This document shows positions 53,117-61,632 of a stretch of DNA of 64,000 bases, one piece after another. Position 1 is the first letter of the stretch. The number at the start of each line of letters is the position of its first letter. A program made the position numbers and the translations under genes. This DNA comes from a virus. Under the pieces are notes generated by a model, which was given only the letters and a program-made list of their open reading frames with translations, did no database searches and was not told the origin of the DNA. The stretch lies in the IMG/VR virus record IMGVR_UViG_3300030447_000342, one strand, 5' to 3'.

Positions 53117-53376
53117 TAAAAAACTCATTCAATCTATCTCACTTAATCTCCGCTACATTGAATTAGGGCTGGTCTCGTGCTTTTCCCATAGTAGAGCCTC
53201 CTAACTACATCCCATGTGGTGCGCCGAATGTCGGCGCTGTTGAAGCATTAGGTATTGCAGATTGAACTGCTTTATATAAACAACTCGCTACCGTCCAGCC
53301 AAGTGGTACTCCCTGCGGTCACATATACACCCGACGAACCATCAGTCTTGGATTTTATAAAAGGTTGGTGTTTATG

Positions 53377-53450
53377 CTTTAAGGCTTGAGCTTTGTTCAA
53401 AGAAAATCTTTAAGCGTTGAGCCTTTAACCTTCAGCTTTGACTTTTGAGT
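53377..53450. repeat. Direct iteron-like repeats CTTTAAG-n2-TTGAGC inside a 570-bp gene-free region
   Basis: CTTTAAGGCTTGAGCTTT (53377-53394), CTTTAAGCGTTGAGCCTTT (53408-53426) and a related AGCTTTGACTTTTGAG. Confidence 0.35.
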
Positions 53451-53670
53451 TTTACAGTGATATTTCACCAGAACCAAGCCGACGTTCATCTTATGTCGCT
53501 TGGTTGCAGTGACTCTTTTCATCATAATTTGATTTTGTAAAACCCATTACAAAAAAATAGACAGCTTAGCAGGCTGGAGCCAAATTCTTTTTTACTTTAC
53601 TTATCTGTATTTGGCGAAAACAGAGAAGGCATATGATTCAGGGTTTTCGGACGGCAGCGAAGTTGATTGC

Positions 53671-54312
53671 TTAATAGGCGATTTCCAGCTCAGTCAGAGC
53701 GTTGGACACAGACAGAGCGGAATCAATCTCGACAACGAAGTCATTGATTTCCTTTTCCAGCGTAGTCAACTCTGTCGTAATGTTGATGGGGTCAACAATC
53801 TCCATCGTCTGAGCAGCGATGAAGTCAGCACGAACCTTTTTGATTTCGTCGCTGGCACCCTTCATATCGACATTACCGTATAGGGACTTGACATACTCGT
53901 CGGCACGCATCTCCAGCGTATCGCCGTTGTTCTTATCCGCCTCAAGACGAGCACGGCGATTGTCATTGTCCAGCTTCTTGAGAAGCAACTGCTTCAGCGG
54001 GATACCGTGGTTCTTCATCTCGATTGCTTCGGCAACCGTGTACTCTTTGCCACCAATCGTTACCTTGACAGTAGCGTTGGACAGCGTAACCGCACGCTTG
54101 ATAGCGTCGCGGCGAGCGATGAGGTCTTTTGCCGACTGATATGCAGCACGAATTTCTTCGCTATAAGTGCCGATGCTAACACCAGCAACCTTGTTGTTGC
54201 TGTGCTTATTTGCAAAAACGAACGTGCCCTGCTGGATGCTCTTCTGAATACGAGCGTCGAGCGTCTTCAGCTCACAGAGCGCCTTATGGACGGTCATCTT
54301 TTCAGTAGTCAT
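53671..54312 (-). CDS. Hypothetical protein
   Basis: 213-aa ORF. Helical, K/E-rich. Confidence 0.45.
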   Translation of the reverse strand: MTTEKMTVHKALCELKTLDARIQKSIQQGTFVFANKHSNNKVAGVSIGTYSEEIRAAYQSAKDLIARRDAIKRAVTLSNATVKVTIGGKEYTVAEAIEMKNHGIPLKQLLLKKLDNDNRRARLEADKNNGDTLEMRADEYVKSLYGNVDMKGASDEIKKVRADFIAAQTMEIVDPINITTELTTLEKEINDFVVEIDSALSVSNALTELEIAY

Positions 54313-54345
54313 TGATTTACTCTCCTAATCTTTGAAATTTGAAAA

Positions 54346-54612
54346 TCACTTGCTGTTTGCAACAGCAGATTTCAGGGTAGAACCCGGCTTAAACACCGGA
54401 ACACGCTTGGCAGGGATATTCACTGGAATATTTGCCCTCGGATTGCGTCCAACTCTTGCTGCTCGTTCCTTACTCTCAAAGGTTCCGAAACCGACGAGCT
54501 GGACTTTGTCGCCAGATACGAGCGCATCAGAAATGATACTGATAACCGCTTCGAGTGCGACTTCTGCACTCACCTTGGTCATTCCCGCTCTCTGTGCAAG
54601 TTCGCTAACCAT
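54346..54612 (-). CDS. HU/IHF-family DNA-binding protein
   Basis: MVSELAQRAGMTKVSAEVALEAV..GDKVQLVGFGTFE..RNPRANIPVNIPAKRVPVFKPG is the classic HU fold signature. Confidence 0.75.
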   Translation of the reverse strand: MVSELAQRAGMTKVSAEVALEAVISIISDALVSGDKVQLVGFGTFESKERAARVGRNPRANIPVNIPAKRVPVFKPGSTLKSAVANSK

Positions 54613-54638
54613 GTCTTCCTTGTTTATCGAAACCACCC

Positions 54639-55451
54639 TCACTTCCAGTTTGTTGTGATACGACCATCAGGATGGATGATGATGTTGGAGTAACCATCCC
54701 CATAGTCATTATGGCGTTGCTGCCACATATCGCCCAGCGTTACACGGGCGTGCTTTCCTGCATAATCAAAGGTTGCATAGACAAAGAAATCTCCAATGCG
54801 GAATGTGTGAACATCAATTTCTGTGTCGTTCTGCAAATCGTTCCAAACACCCACCGGATAGTCTTTCTTTTCGAGACCGCTCAAGAAGCGGAACGAAAAG
54901 CTATTCGCTTCCATCTTCATATACTCTTTGATGAAAGCAAGCGTGGGGTTCTCAATCACCGTCTGCACAGTGCATCCCGGATAATCGACTGGGTCTGCTC
55001 CAACATAATCGTTGCGAGAAAGATTGATGTGTGCCAGTCCATTCAACTCTGTGTTAAAGCCTGTGGTGTTGATAGAACAAAATACGTTGTTGCAATTATC
55101 TTTATAGGTCTGCACAATGTGTGCGATATGCTCAGGATACAAACCCGGCTCGCCGCCAGTGATTGATAATCTGGCATCGGGGTGTTCGGATAAAACCCGC
55201 TTTAGCGCTTCGATTTGTGCTTCAAAGTCATTGTCCCCAGACATCGGGTTCTGCCGCTCCAAGCAAAACGGGCAATGAAACGGACATTCCTGCGTCGTAA
55301 TCATCTGAACATTGATGCGATAATAAAGCGGGCGTCCGAGAGAAGTCTGCGCAGTACGGCTGTTCAATCTGTACTGCAAATCTCTGTTCATTTCTGCCCG
55401 TACATCCTCGTAAGAACTGAGGAACGGTATCTGATTCATTTTGCTACTCAT
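54639..55451 (-). CDS. Radical SAM domain protein
   Basis: CPFHCPFC (CxxxCxxC) cluster near the N-terminus. 270 aa. Confidence 0.7.
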   Translation of the reverse strand: MSSKMNQIPFLSSYEDVRAEMNRDLQYRLNSRTAQTSLGRPLYYRINVQMITTQECPFHCPFCLERQNPMSGDNDFEAQIEALKRVLSEHPDARLSITGGEPGLYPEHIAHIVQTYKDNCNNVFCSINTTGFNTELNGLAHINLSRNDYVGADPVDYPGCTVQTVIENPTLAFIKEYMKMEANSFSFRFLSGLEKKDYPVGVWNDLQNDTEIDVHTFRIGDFFVYATFDYAGKHARVTLGDMWQQRHNDYGDGYSNIIIHPDGRITTNWK

Positions 55452-55452
55452 C

Positions 55453-55605
55453 TAAGGAACCCTCCATTCCTCGTCAACTTGCGAAGTCCTGTAATTCCTC
55501 TTGCGCTTCGCTTATGGTGTCAGCGGAAAACTGAAAGACACCATAGAGAAAAACTTCAATATGCCCACGGACATATCTGAACTCGTAATTCCCATAACTC
55601 ATGTC
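55453..55605 (-). CDS. Possible small protein (~42-50 aa) immediately upstream of the radical SAM gene
   Basis: MSYGNYEFRYVRGHIEVFLYGVFQFSADTISEAQEELQDFAS. Start context weak. Confidence 0.25.
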
Positions 55606-56019
55606 TTACACCTCCCGCAATTTTTTATGGGAGAAGGTTTTACCTCAATAGGTTCGGGCGCGACTCCGAAAACTATTTTCAACTCCAACCTTCCAAGGAT
55701 GCACTTTCATGTTTGTTTTCAACTCCCACGCGGTGGCAGCATTTCCTCCACTTGAACACTTTCGTAGTCCCGCACGCCCCGTAATGGCTTTCAGATTTTG
55801 GATGCCTCCTCACTTACCTTCACCAATACAGGGTCTAAGCGTTAGGTGAGTTGTGCGCACAGGGTTCACATCCCATTAAACCCACCCCACGGAATCGTAC
55901 CGTGCCAGCCTTACGACATCGAACCTCGCTTTAGCGTGAACCAAACCCGACCAACAATCAGGTAGATTCCGCCATACCCATACCACCGGAGTTCAAGGAA
56001 CCCCGGAAAACCGAGCTGT

Positions 56020-56418
56020 TTAACCATGCCAGACCAACTGATTGAAGAGCTCGGTATCGACAAATGCCTTGTCGTTGCTGCCGATATTGTCGAACATTTT
56101 TCTTGCCGCATCACGCTTAATTACAACGTAACGACCAGTGGGATAAACACCCTTCTGCATTTCGACCTTGGTTACACTGTTCGGCTTGTTGGTAGCTTCC
56201 ATCAGTGTTACACCCAACGCCATGTTTGCACGGCATTTTTCGCACGGCTCGTAGTCGATAACCATATGCATCGGCGCTTCAAAATCCTCGTGCTTCCGAC
56301 CGTCACCAATGTGACCGAGAAGTGCAACCTCATTGCGCTCTTCGCCACACCAGAAGCAAACCGGAATTGTTGGGTTAAAACCGTGCTTTGGAGATAACTT
56401 GATTCCTGCGTTTGACAT
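56020..56418 (-). CDS. Hypothetical zinc-ribbon-like protein
   Basis: CFWCGEE .. CEKC cysteine pairs. 132 aa. Confidence 0.4.
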   Translation of the reverse strand: MSNAGIKLSPKHGFNPTIPVCFWCGEERNEVALLGHIGDGRKHEDFEAPMHMVIDYEPCEKCRANMALGVTLMEATNKPNSVTKVEMQKGVYPTGRYVVIKRDAARKMFDNIGSNDKAFVDTELFNQLVWHG

Positions 56419-56564
56419 TTATCAGACCTCCTAACAGAAATCGTTCAGCCACGCTGACACTCAACCCGTTCAAGAAACCTCAGACTTTTCATTGAGTAAA
56501 ACCCTTTTGTATGATTGCAAGTTTTCGACGGTGTTGTAGTGAAAGGAGCTAAAACTTCGAGGCA

Positions 56565-56804
56565 TTACTGGATTACAATATGCCTCGTGAAAAGCAGATA
56601 CAGACCGAACGGGAGAGTAATCAAAGTTGCTGTACAGTCCTTGTCCTCAAACGTTGTGCCTGTGGATGCCATCCAGAAAACTCCGATGGTGATGAGAAGA
56701 AGCACCGCGCCCATCAGCTTCTGTCTGGCAAAAAGTTTCCGGCGGCGCTGGTTTCTTGTTCTCGACCTTTGACGGGGATACGCGACCCCAGTATATGTAG
56801 CCAT
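56565..56804 (-). CDS. Hypothetical small membrane protein
   Basis: 79 aa. Basic N-terminus followed by TM helices. An overlapping plus-strand ORF is ambiguous. Confidence 0.3.
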   Translation of the reverse strand: MATYTGVAYPRQRSRTRNQRRRKLFARQKLMGAVLLLITIGVFWMASTGTTFEDKDCTATLITLPFGLYLLFTRHIVIQ

Positions 56805-56973
56805 ACAGAAACCTCCTGCTTTTGATTTTCCTCACTCTGCGTTTACACGGGCTTGTGACCGTTTATCAAAAACTCGATAAGCCGCATTACGGCGACCGCG
56901 TTGGCTCCCCACCTCATTTAACGCCGCCAATTTCCCTTTTGCCTACGGCGTACCAGCATCGGTCGAATAAAAC

Positions 56974-57246
56974 TCAGATAGTGGCATAAGCGGTATGACC
57001 GCTGCCCCATTTAACAAGAACCCTCGGACAAAGCACATTACCAATGATGGTAACGCCATCAGAGCAGCGGGCAATGTGCTTTCCGTCCTCATGGTGAAAA
57101 CTCACTTTGGAACCGGAGCGATTTACAAGCCCTCTCACTCGTTCTTTGAAAACATCATAGGACATATGAAAAACTCCTTTAGCGAATTGTCGGATATCCG
57201 CAGACGGTGGCTTAAATGCCACCGTTTCGCCGTTATTACGGCTCAT
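56974..57246 (-). CDS. Hypothetical protein
   Basis: 90-aa ORF. Confidence 0.3.
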   Translation of the reverse strand: MSRNNGETVAFKPPSADIRQFAKGVFHMSYDVFKERVRGLVNRSGSKVSFHHEDGKHIARCSDGVTIIGNVLCPRVLVKWGSGHTAYATI

Positions 57247-57349
57247 CAGTGCGGCTCAGGGTATAAGAAAACCACCGGCGGAAGCCCATTAGAAAACAAC
57301 TGCCATATGGCATGGACTCGCAGTGGTTCAAATACCCTCACTGAGATAT

Positions 57350-58099
57350 TTAGTTGTCTTTCTTGGTTTTGAAATCCAGCTCATAGGTCTTGCCTGTGAC
57401 AATGCGGTGGCAAACCTCAGCCAGATAATTGCGGAAATACCGGTGATTTGCGCAGGTCACGGTCAGCGCCTTGCGGTTCTTCTTGGAATAAACCGACATC
57501 AGGAAGTTGACATCATGGCTCGTTGCCTTGTACTGCTCGCCGAGCATAGCGGTGATAACCGTCTGCAAAGTCTTGAGCAGGTTCGTCTTACTGGTCGGAT
57601 TCTTGCCCATATCAAACTCGCGGGCGATTTCGCTCATAGCATAGCTGTCATTGACAGCCTTGGGGTCGATACCAAGGTCAACCGCTTTCTGCGCGGTCAA
57701 CAGGAAGTTCATCTTCTGCGCGATACTCGACCAATTCTCATTGGCGCCGATAGAACCACAATACTTGTGGAGCTTGAGCAGGTCAATCTGCCGTTCCTTG
57801 TCCACGATAGCGCGAACCGGCACCTTGTCATCACCCTTCTGCTCGTCCTTAACCCCGATAGTCACAAAGGACAGGGTCGTGACGGCGGTAAGCATGGGAT
57901 TATCAGTGTTCTTGCAATCCTCGAAGCACATATCCCGAACGGTAGCGGTGTACTCATTGATTTTCTCGGTCATGGCTTTGTCGGCTTTGGAAGCGTCCTC
58001 AAACTTGCCATTCTGGATTGCATCATTGTAATCCTTGACAAGGGCTTCGGTTTCAGAGCGCAACTGTGCCAATTTAGCGGTGTTTTCTTCTCTGGTCAT
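57350..58099 (-). CDS. Hypothetical protein (possible structural or scaffold-like)
   Basis: 249-aa ORF. No motif recognised. Confidence 0.45.
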   Translation of the reverse strand: MTREENTAKLAQLRSETEALVKDYNDAIQNGKFEDASKADKAMTEKINEYTATVRDMCFEDCKNTDNPMLTAVTTLSFVTIGVKDEQKGDDKVPVRAIVDKERQIDLLKLHKYCGSIGANENWSSIAQKMNFLLTAQKAVDLGIDPKAVNDSYAMSEIAREFDMGKNPTSKTNLLKTLQTVITAMLGEQYKATSHDVNFLMSVYSKKNRKALTVTCANHRYFRNYLAEVCHRIVTGKTYELDFKTKKDN

Positions 58100-58649
58100 T
58101 TTGAAATGCCCCTTTCACAGATTTTTTGGTGATAACAAAGTTTATCACTCAAGAAAGCCGCTGAAAGATTTCTCAGTCAGCGGCTCTATCAATGATAAAC
58201 TCAAGGACACGGCGGCGGCTCTGCACTCGGCTCATGGGGCATACCCTGCCCATGCAACTATTGCAGTATCGAACGCCGCTCATATCATTTCTAATACTCG
58301 CGTCGATTGAGTGAAGTTCTGCTTATTCACAATACTCAACCAAATCCGACTTTCATATCTATATGCCCTCATTTTCGGCTCCTCGGAGCACAACACCCTT
58401 GGGTGGAAAACTCGGACGATACTACTAACCATCAGAGGTCTTTTTCGTATAGCCATCAGTTATGCAAGCCGCACTTAGGTTCATAGGCACAAACCTCCGG
58501 GGATTTTCACTATCTCGTACCATGAGCCTAACTCTCATGCACCGGCGACGCCTTTGATAGCAAAGGTACTCACATTGACACTCACTCAATGGTGTGTTGG
58601 CTTGCCATACCCGAAAGTGGCGGACATCTCCGCTTGTATTTCGTGGCTT

Positions 58650-58835
58650 GCCGTGCGGGGTCTTGCCCTGCACCCTTAACCGCAAGGGGTGTACCCTGTG
58701 GCGGCGGGGCGGCGGGGTCTTGCCCTGCACCCTTAACCGCAAGGGGTGTACCCTGTGGCGGCGGGGCGGCGGGGTCTTGCCCTGCACCCTTAACCGCAAG
58801 GGGTGTACCCTGTGGCGGCGGGGCGGCGGGGTCTT
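58650..58835. repeat. Three perfect tandem copies (plus a partial fourth) of a 57-bp GC-rich unit
   Basis: Unit GGGGTCTTGCCCTGCACCCTTAACCGCAAGGGGTGTACCCTGTGGCGGCGGGGCGGC repeated head-to-tail. The core AACCGCAAGGGGTGTACCCTGT recurs once more at 60040-60061. Confidence 0.8.
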
Positions 58836-58941
58836 GCCCCCCCCTTGCGCTTGCCGTGTGCCGTCCTTGCGGTTGCGTGTGCGGTCTGTCCAAAAAGAAA
58901 GGGCGGGGGCGTTGTGCCCCCGCCTTGTGCGGTCTGCGTAT

Positions 58942-59895
58942 TCAGTTGTTCGGGGTCAAGCCAAGGGCAAGCGCCTTTTTCTGGACTTGTTCAACGGTCT
59001 TTGCAATCGCCCTTTGCGTCACTCCAAGATAGGTTGCAATTGCCTTGTACCCCTTGCCCTGCATACGCAGTCTCAACACTTGCGCTTGACGGTCGGTCAA
59101 GTCCAGTCGTGCAACGGTCGTTTCGTAGTCCTCTACGGTCTGCCGGTCGGCGGTGTAGTTGCCGTCGCAGTTGTACCCGCCAAGGTCGGCGTACTTGTGC
59201 AAGCGGTAGTAAATGGTTTCAAGCCCGTTTTCGCTGTCCTCTATGTAAGTATAGCCGTTGCGGGGGTCGGTCTGCGTTGCGCGGCTGTCCTGCACAGCTT
59301 GACGCACAGCGCGGTAAACTTCCTGTATCGGGGTTGTTGTTTCGTCACGGTATGCGCGGCTGTCCTCTGTGCGGATATAGACACGGCGGGAAAGTCGGCG
59401 GGTTGTGTACGGCGTGTCAAGCCAAGGGGCGGCGGGGTCGGCGTGTTCGGCGGCTTGTTCGAGAATGGCAAGGGCGGCGGCGTTCACAAGGTCGATGCCG
59501 TCGGAAAGGGTTTCACCCACAAGGGCGGCAACGGCTTTTTCTGCGTCCTTGTCCACGGTTTCGGTTGTCAAGTCACCGTCGGCGTTGTACGCCGTGCGGG
59601 TTGCCTTGTTCGTTGCCGTGCGCAAGTTGTCCAGCGTTGCAAGGTCGGCGGCTATGCCCCTTTTCAGTTGGACTAATGCGGGGTTGTATCCGTTGTCGGA
59701 TACGGTTTCACGGTCGGCGGCGGTCTTGCGTTGCGGGTCAATACACTTGTTCAAAACAGAGTATGCAACGGCGGTTGCAAGGGCGGTCAATTCCTGCGTG
59801 CTGTCCTTGCCGCTTGCAAGGGCGGTTTCATAGTTGCGCTTGACTTGTTCAAAGTCGGGGCGGCTTTTCGCCGTGTTGGTGGTGTTGGTGTTCAT
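58942..59895 (-). CDS. GC-rich-island protein with a C-terminal sigma-70 region-4/LuxR-like HTH
   Basis: DLTDRQAQVLRLRMQGKGYKAIATYLGVTQRAIAKTVEQVQKK. Probable start MNTNTTN with an AAGGAAA RBS. ~65% GC versus ~47% in flanking DNA. Confidence 0.5.
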   Translation of the reverse strand: MNTNTTNTAKSRPDFEQVKRNYETALASGKDSTQELTALATAVAYSVLNKCIDPQRKTAADRETVSDNGYNPALVQLKRGIAADLATLDNLRTATNKATRTAYNADGDLTTETVDKDAEKAVAALVGETLSDGIDLVNAAALAILEQAAEHADPAAPWLDTPYTTRRLSRRVYIRTEDSRAYRDETTTPIQEVYRAVRQAVQDSRATQTDPRNGYTYIEDSENGLETIYYRLHKYADLGGYNCDGNYTADRQTVEDYETTVARLDLTDRQAQVLRLRMQGKGYKAIATYLGVTQRAIAKTVEQVQKKALALGLTPNN

Positions 59896-60328
59896 GTTTT
59901 CGTTTCCTTTCTGCCGTGTCGGTCGGGCGTGTTGGTGGTGTTGGTGGTGTAGGGGTTGCCCGCCGTGGTTGTCCGGCATGGATAGACTACCACAACGGCG
60001 GCACAATGTCAACACAATTTTTTTGCATACGCAGACAACCGCAAGGGGTGTACCCTGTTCGCCTTGCTTTTTCCGCTGTCCGTGTCGGTCTGTCCGCCGT
60101 TTCTACTTGCCCTTTCTGTGCTATGGCAAGTAGGGGGGGCGGTTATGGTATTTTTGCCCCCTGTCCTTGCCGCACACAGATGTAGTCGGTTCATCTAACT
60201 GACACGCCCCATTTTTAACTCAGTCCATCAACCCCTTGTGTTTCAAGGCTTTTCTGTCCAGAAGAATATTATTGGTTAAGCCTTTTGCGTGGTTGCTTTT
60301 ATCACAGGATTCAACTTTCCAAAAAAGA

Positions 60329-60358
60329 AAAAGGCTTAACTACGCAGCCTTTTATTTA
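60329..60358. terminator. Bidirectional intrinsic terminator
   Basis: AAAAGGCT taactacgc AGCCTTTT followed by ATTT. A- and T-runs on both sides. Confidence 0.55.
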
Positions 60359-60403
60359 CCGTTCATTTTGATTTGTTTTTTCTTATTCTGTCTATATTCT
60401 TCC

Positions 60404-60437
60404 CTTATATCTAAGTAGAATCTATGCTATAATATAG
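60404..60437 (+). promoter_or_regulatory. Promoter for the tyrosine recombinase gene, with an extended -10 (TGCTATAAT) embedded in the palindrome GCTATAATATAGC
   Basis: TTATAT, 17-nt spacer, TATAAT. Palindrome GCTATA-A-TATAGC overlaps the -10. AAAGGAGA RBS before the ATG at 60492. Confidence 0.5.
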
Positions 60438-60491
60438 CATATCAAGTAAATTAAATAAATGACTTCTTGCATCTGAAAGGAGATTCCATCG

Positions 60492-61319
60492 ATGGCTCAG
60501 ATTATCCAGTTAGACTTCAACAAGACGAATAGTGCCTCCGGTGTCATCGACATCGCAACCATCCAGCAGAGCTGCCGTAAGCTCAAGGCTGGTCTCATCG
60601 CTCCTGCCACCGAGGAGGTGCACACTGACCTTGCTGTCGAGCACGCTGCTGAGCCCATCAAGAGTATGGATGACATCATCCGCATCTCCCAGTTCCTCAT
60701 TGGACAGAAGCGTTTCAGAGACAATATGCTGTTCATCGTTGGCATTAACTTTGGACTTCGTATCAGCGACCTTCGCTCTCTGCGCTTCATCCACATCATC
60801 AATGATGACTGCACTTTTCGTGACCGGTTCCCCATTCTGGAAAAGAAGACCCGAAACACACGCAAGCATCAGCGCAACCGCTACATCACCATTAACACCG
60901 CAGTTGTCGAAGCTGTCACCCTGTACCTTGAGAACACTCCAAACGTTCGTCTCAGTGACTATATGTTCCGCAGCCAGTCCAATAATGGAGTGAACGAGAA
61001 TAAGCCCATCAGCAAACAAGCCGTTGACTCAATGCTCAAAGGCATTGCTCGTGACCTTGGACTTGGTAACCGTATGGCAACTCACTCATTGCGTAAGACC
61101 TTTGCTTATCATCAGATGGTGATGAGTGGTAATGACCCTCGCAAACTCCTGCTCCTCCAGAAGATGTTCGGTCACTCGACCGCTGCTCAGACTCTGGACT
61201 ACATCGGTATCACCAGCGAAGAAATTGATGAAGCATACCGGAGCCTCAATCTCGGTAGCATCAACCACAACTATCTGGTCGATAGCGACATTGGAGAAAG
61301 CGAGTCTCTGATGGCATAA
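60492..61319 (+). CDS. Tyrosine site-specific recombinase (phage integrase/Xer-like, small)
   Basis: Box I GLRISD. Box II HSLRKTFA. LQKMFGHSTAAQTLDYI with the catalytic Tyr. Confidence 0.75.
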   Translation: MAQIIQLDFNKTNSASGVIDIATIQQSCRKLKAGLIAPATEEVHTDLAVEHAAEPIKSMDDIIRISQFLIGQKRFRDNMLFIVGINFGLRISDLRSLRFIHIINDDCTFRDRFPILEKKTRNTRKHQRNRYITINTAVVEAVTLYLENTPNVRLSDYMFRSQSNNGVNENKPISKQAVDSMLKGIARDLGLGNRMATHSLRKTFAYHQMVMSGNDPRKLLLLQKMFGHSTAAQTLDYIGITSEEIDEAYRSLNLGSINHNYLVDSDIGESESLMA

Positions 61320-61632
61320 TCCATCACCCATTGCACCTTGACAACTTCATACCGCCAAAACAAAAAAAGACACAGCGTGTGTCCTAACCGTTCCCGCAAA
61401 GCCTTGTCTTGCAACGGTTTCGCAGATGCACTCTATAAAAAGTATTGAGAACAAGAATTGAACTCTACTGGACAGGGCATTCAAAGCAAGTTACAGGCGC
61501 TGCATTGATAGCGACGGTATAGCCAGCCGAGCGGCTTTTGTGTGTCCTAAAATTTTCGCACCCCCACTAATTCCAAAGAAAGGTCGTGATTTCTATACAA
61601 ACGACTATCCATAAAGGTGGTGCTTACCACCG

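Noticed and set aside
55606-56019. tmRNA or tRNA gene in the long non-coding leader
   Set aside because: A T-arm-like hairpin exists but no matching acceptor stem, CCA end or tag-peptide reading frame could be assembled. Left as an unspecified structured region.
58650-58835. CRISPR array
   Set aside because: The 57-bp units are directly adjacent and identical, with no intervening unique spacers and no cas genes.
58425-59843. Several long overlapping ORFs on both strands (58425-58799, 58582-58893, 58589-59032, 58594-59676, 58803-59843) in the GC-rich island
   Set aside because: High GC suppresses stop codons and creates spurious long ORFs. Their translations are low-complexity (R/G/P/C-rich) and mutually overlapping. 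Only the minus-strand ORF with a real HTH and a good RBS (58942-59895) was kept.
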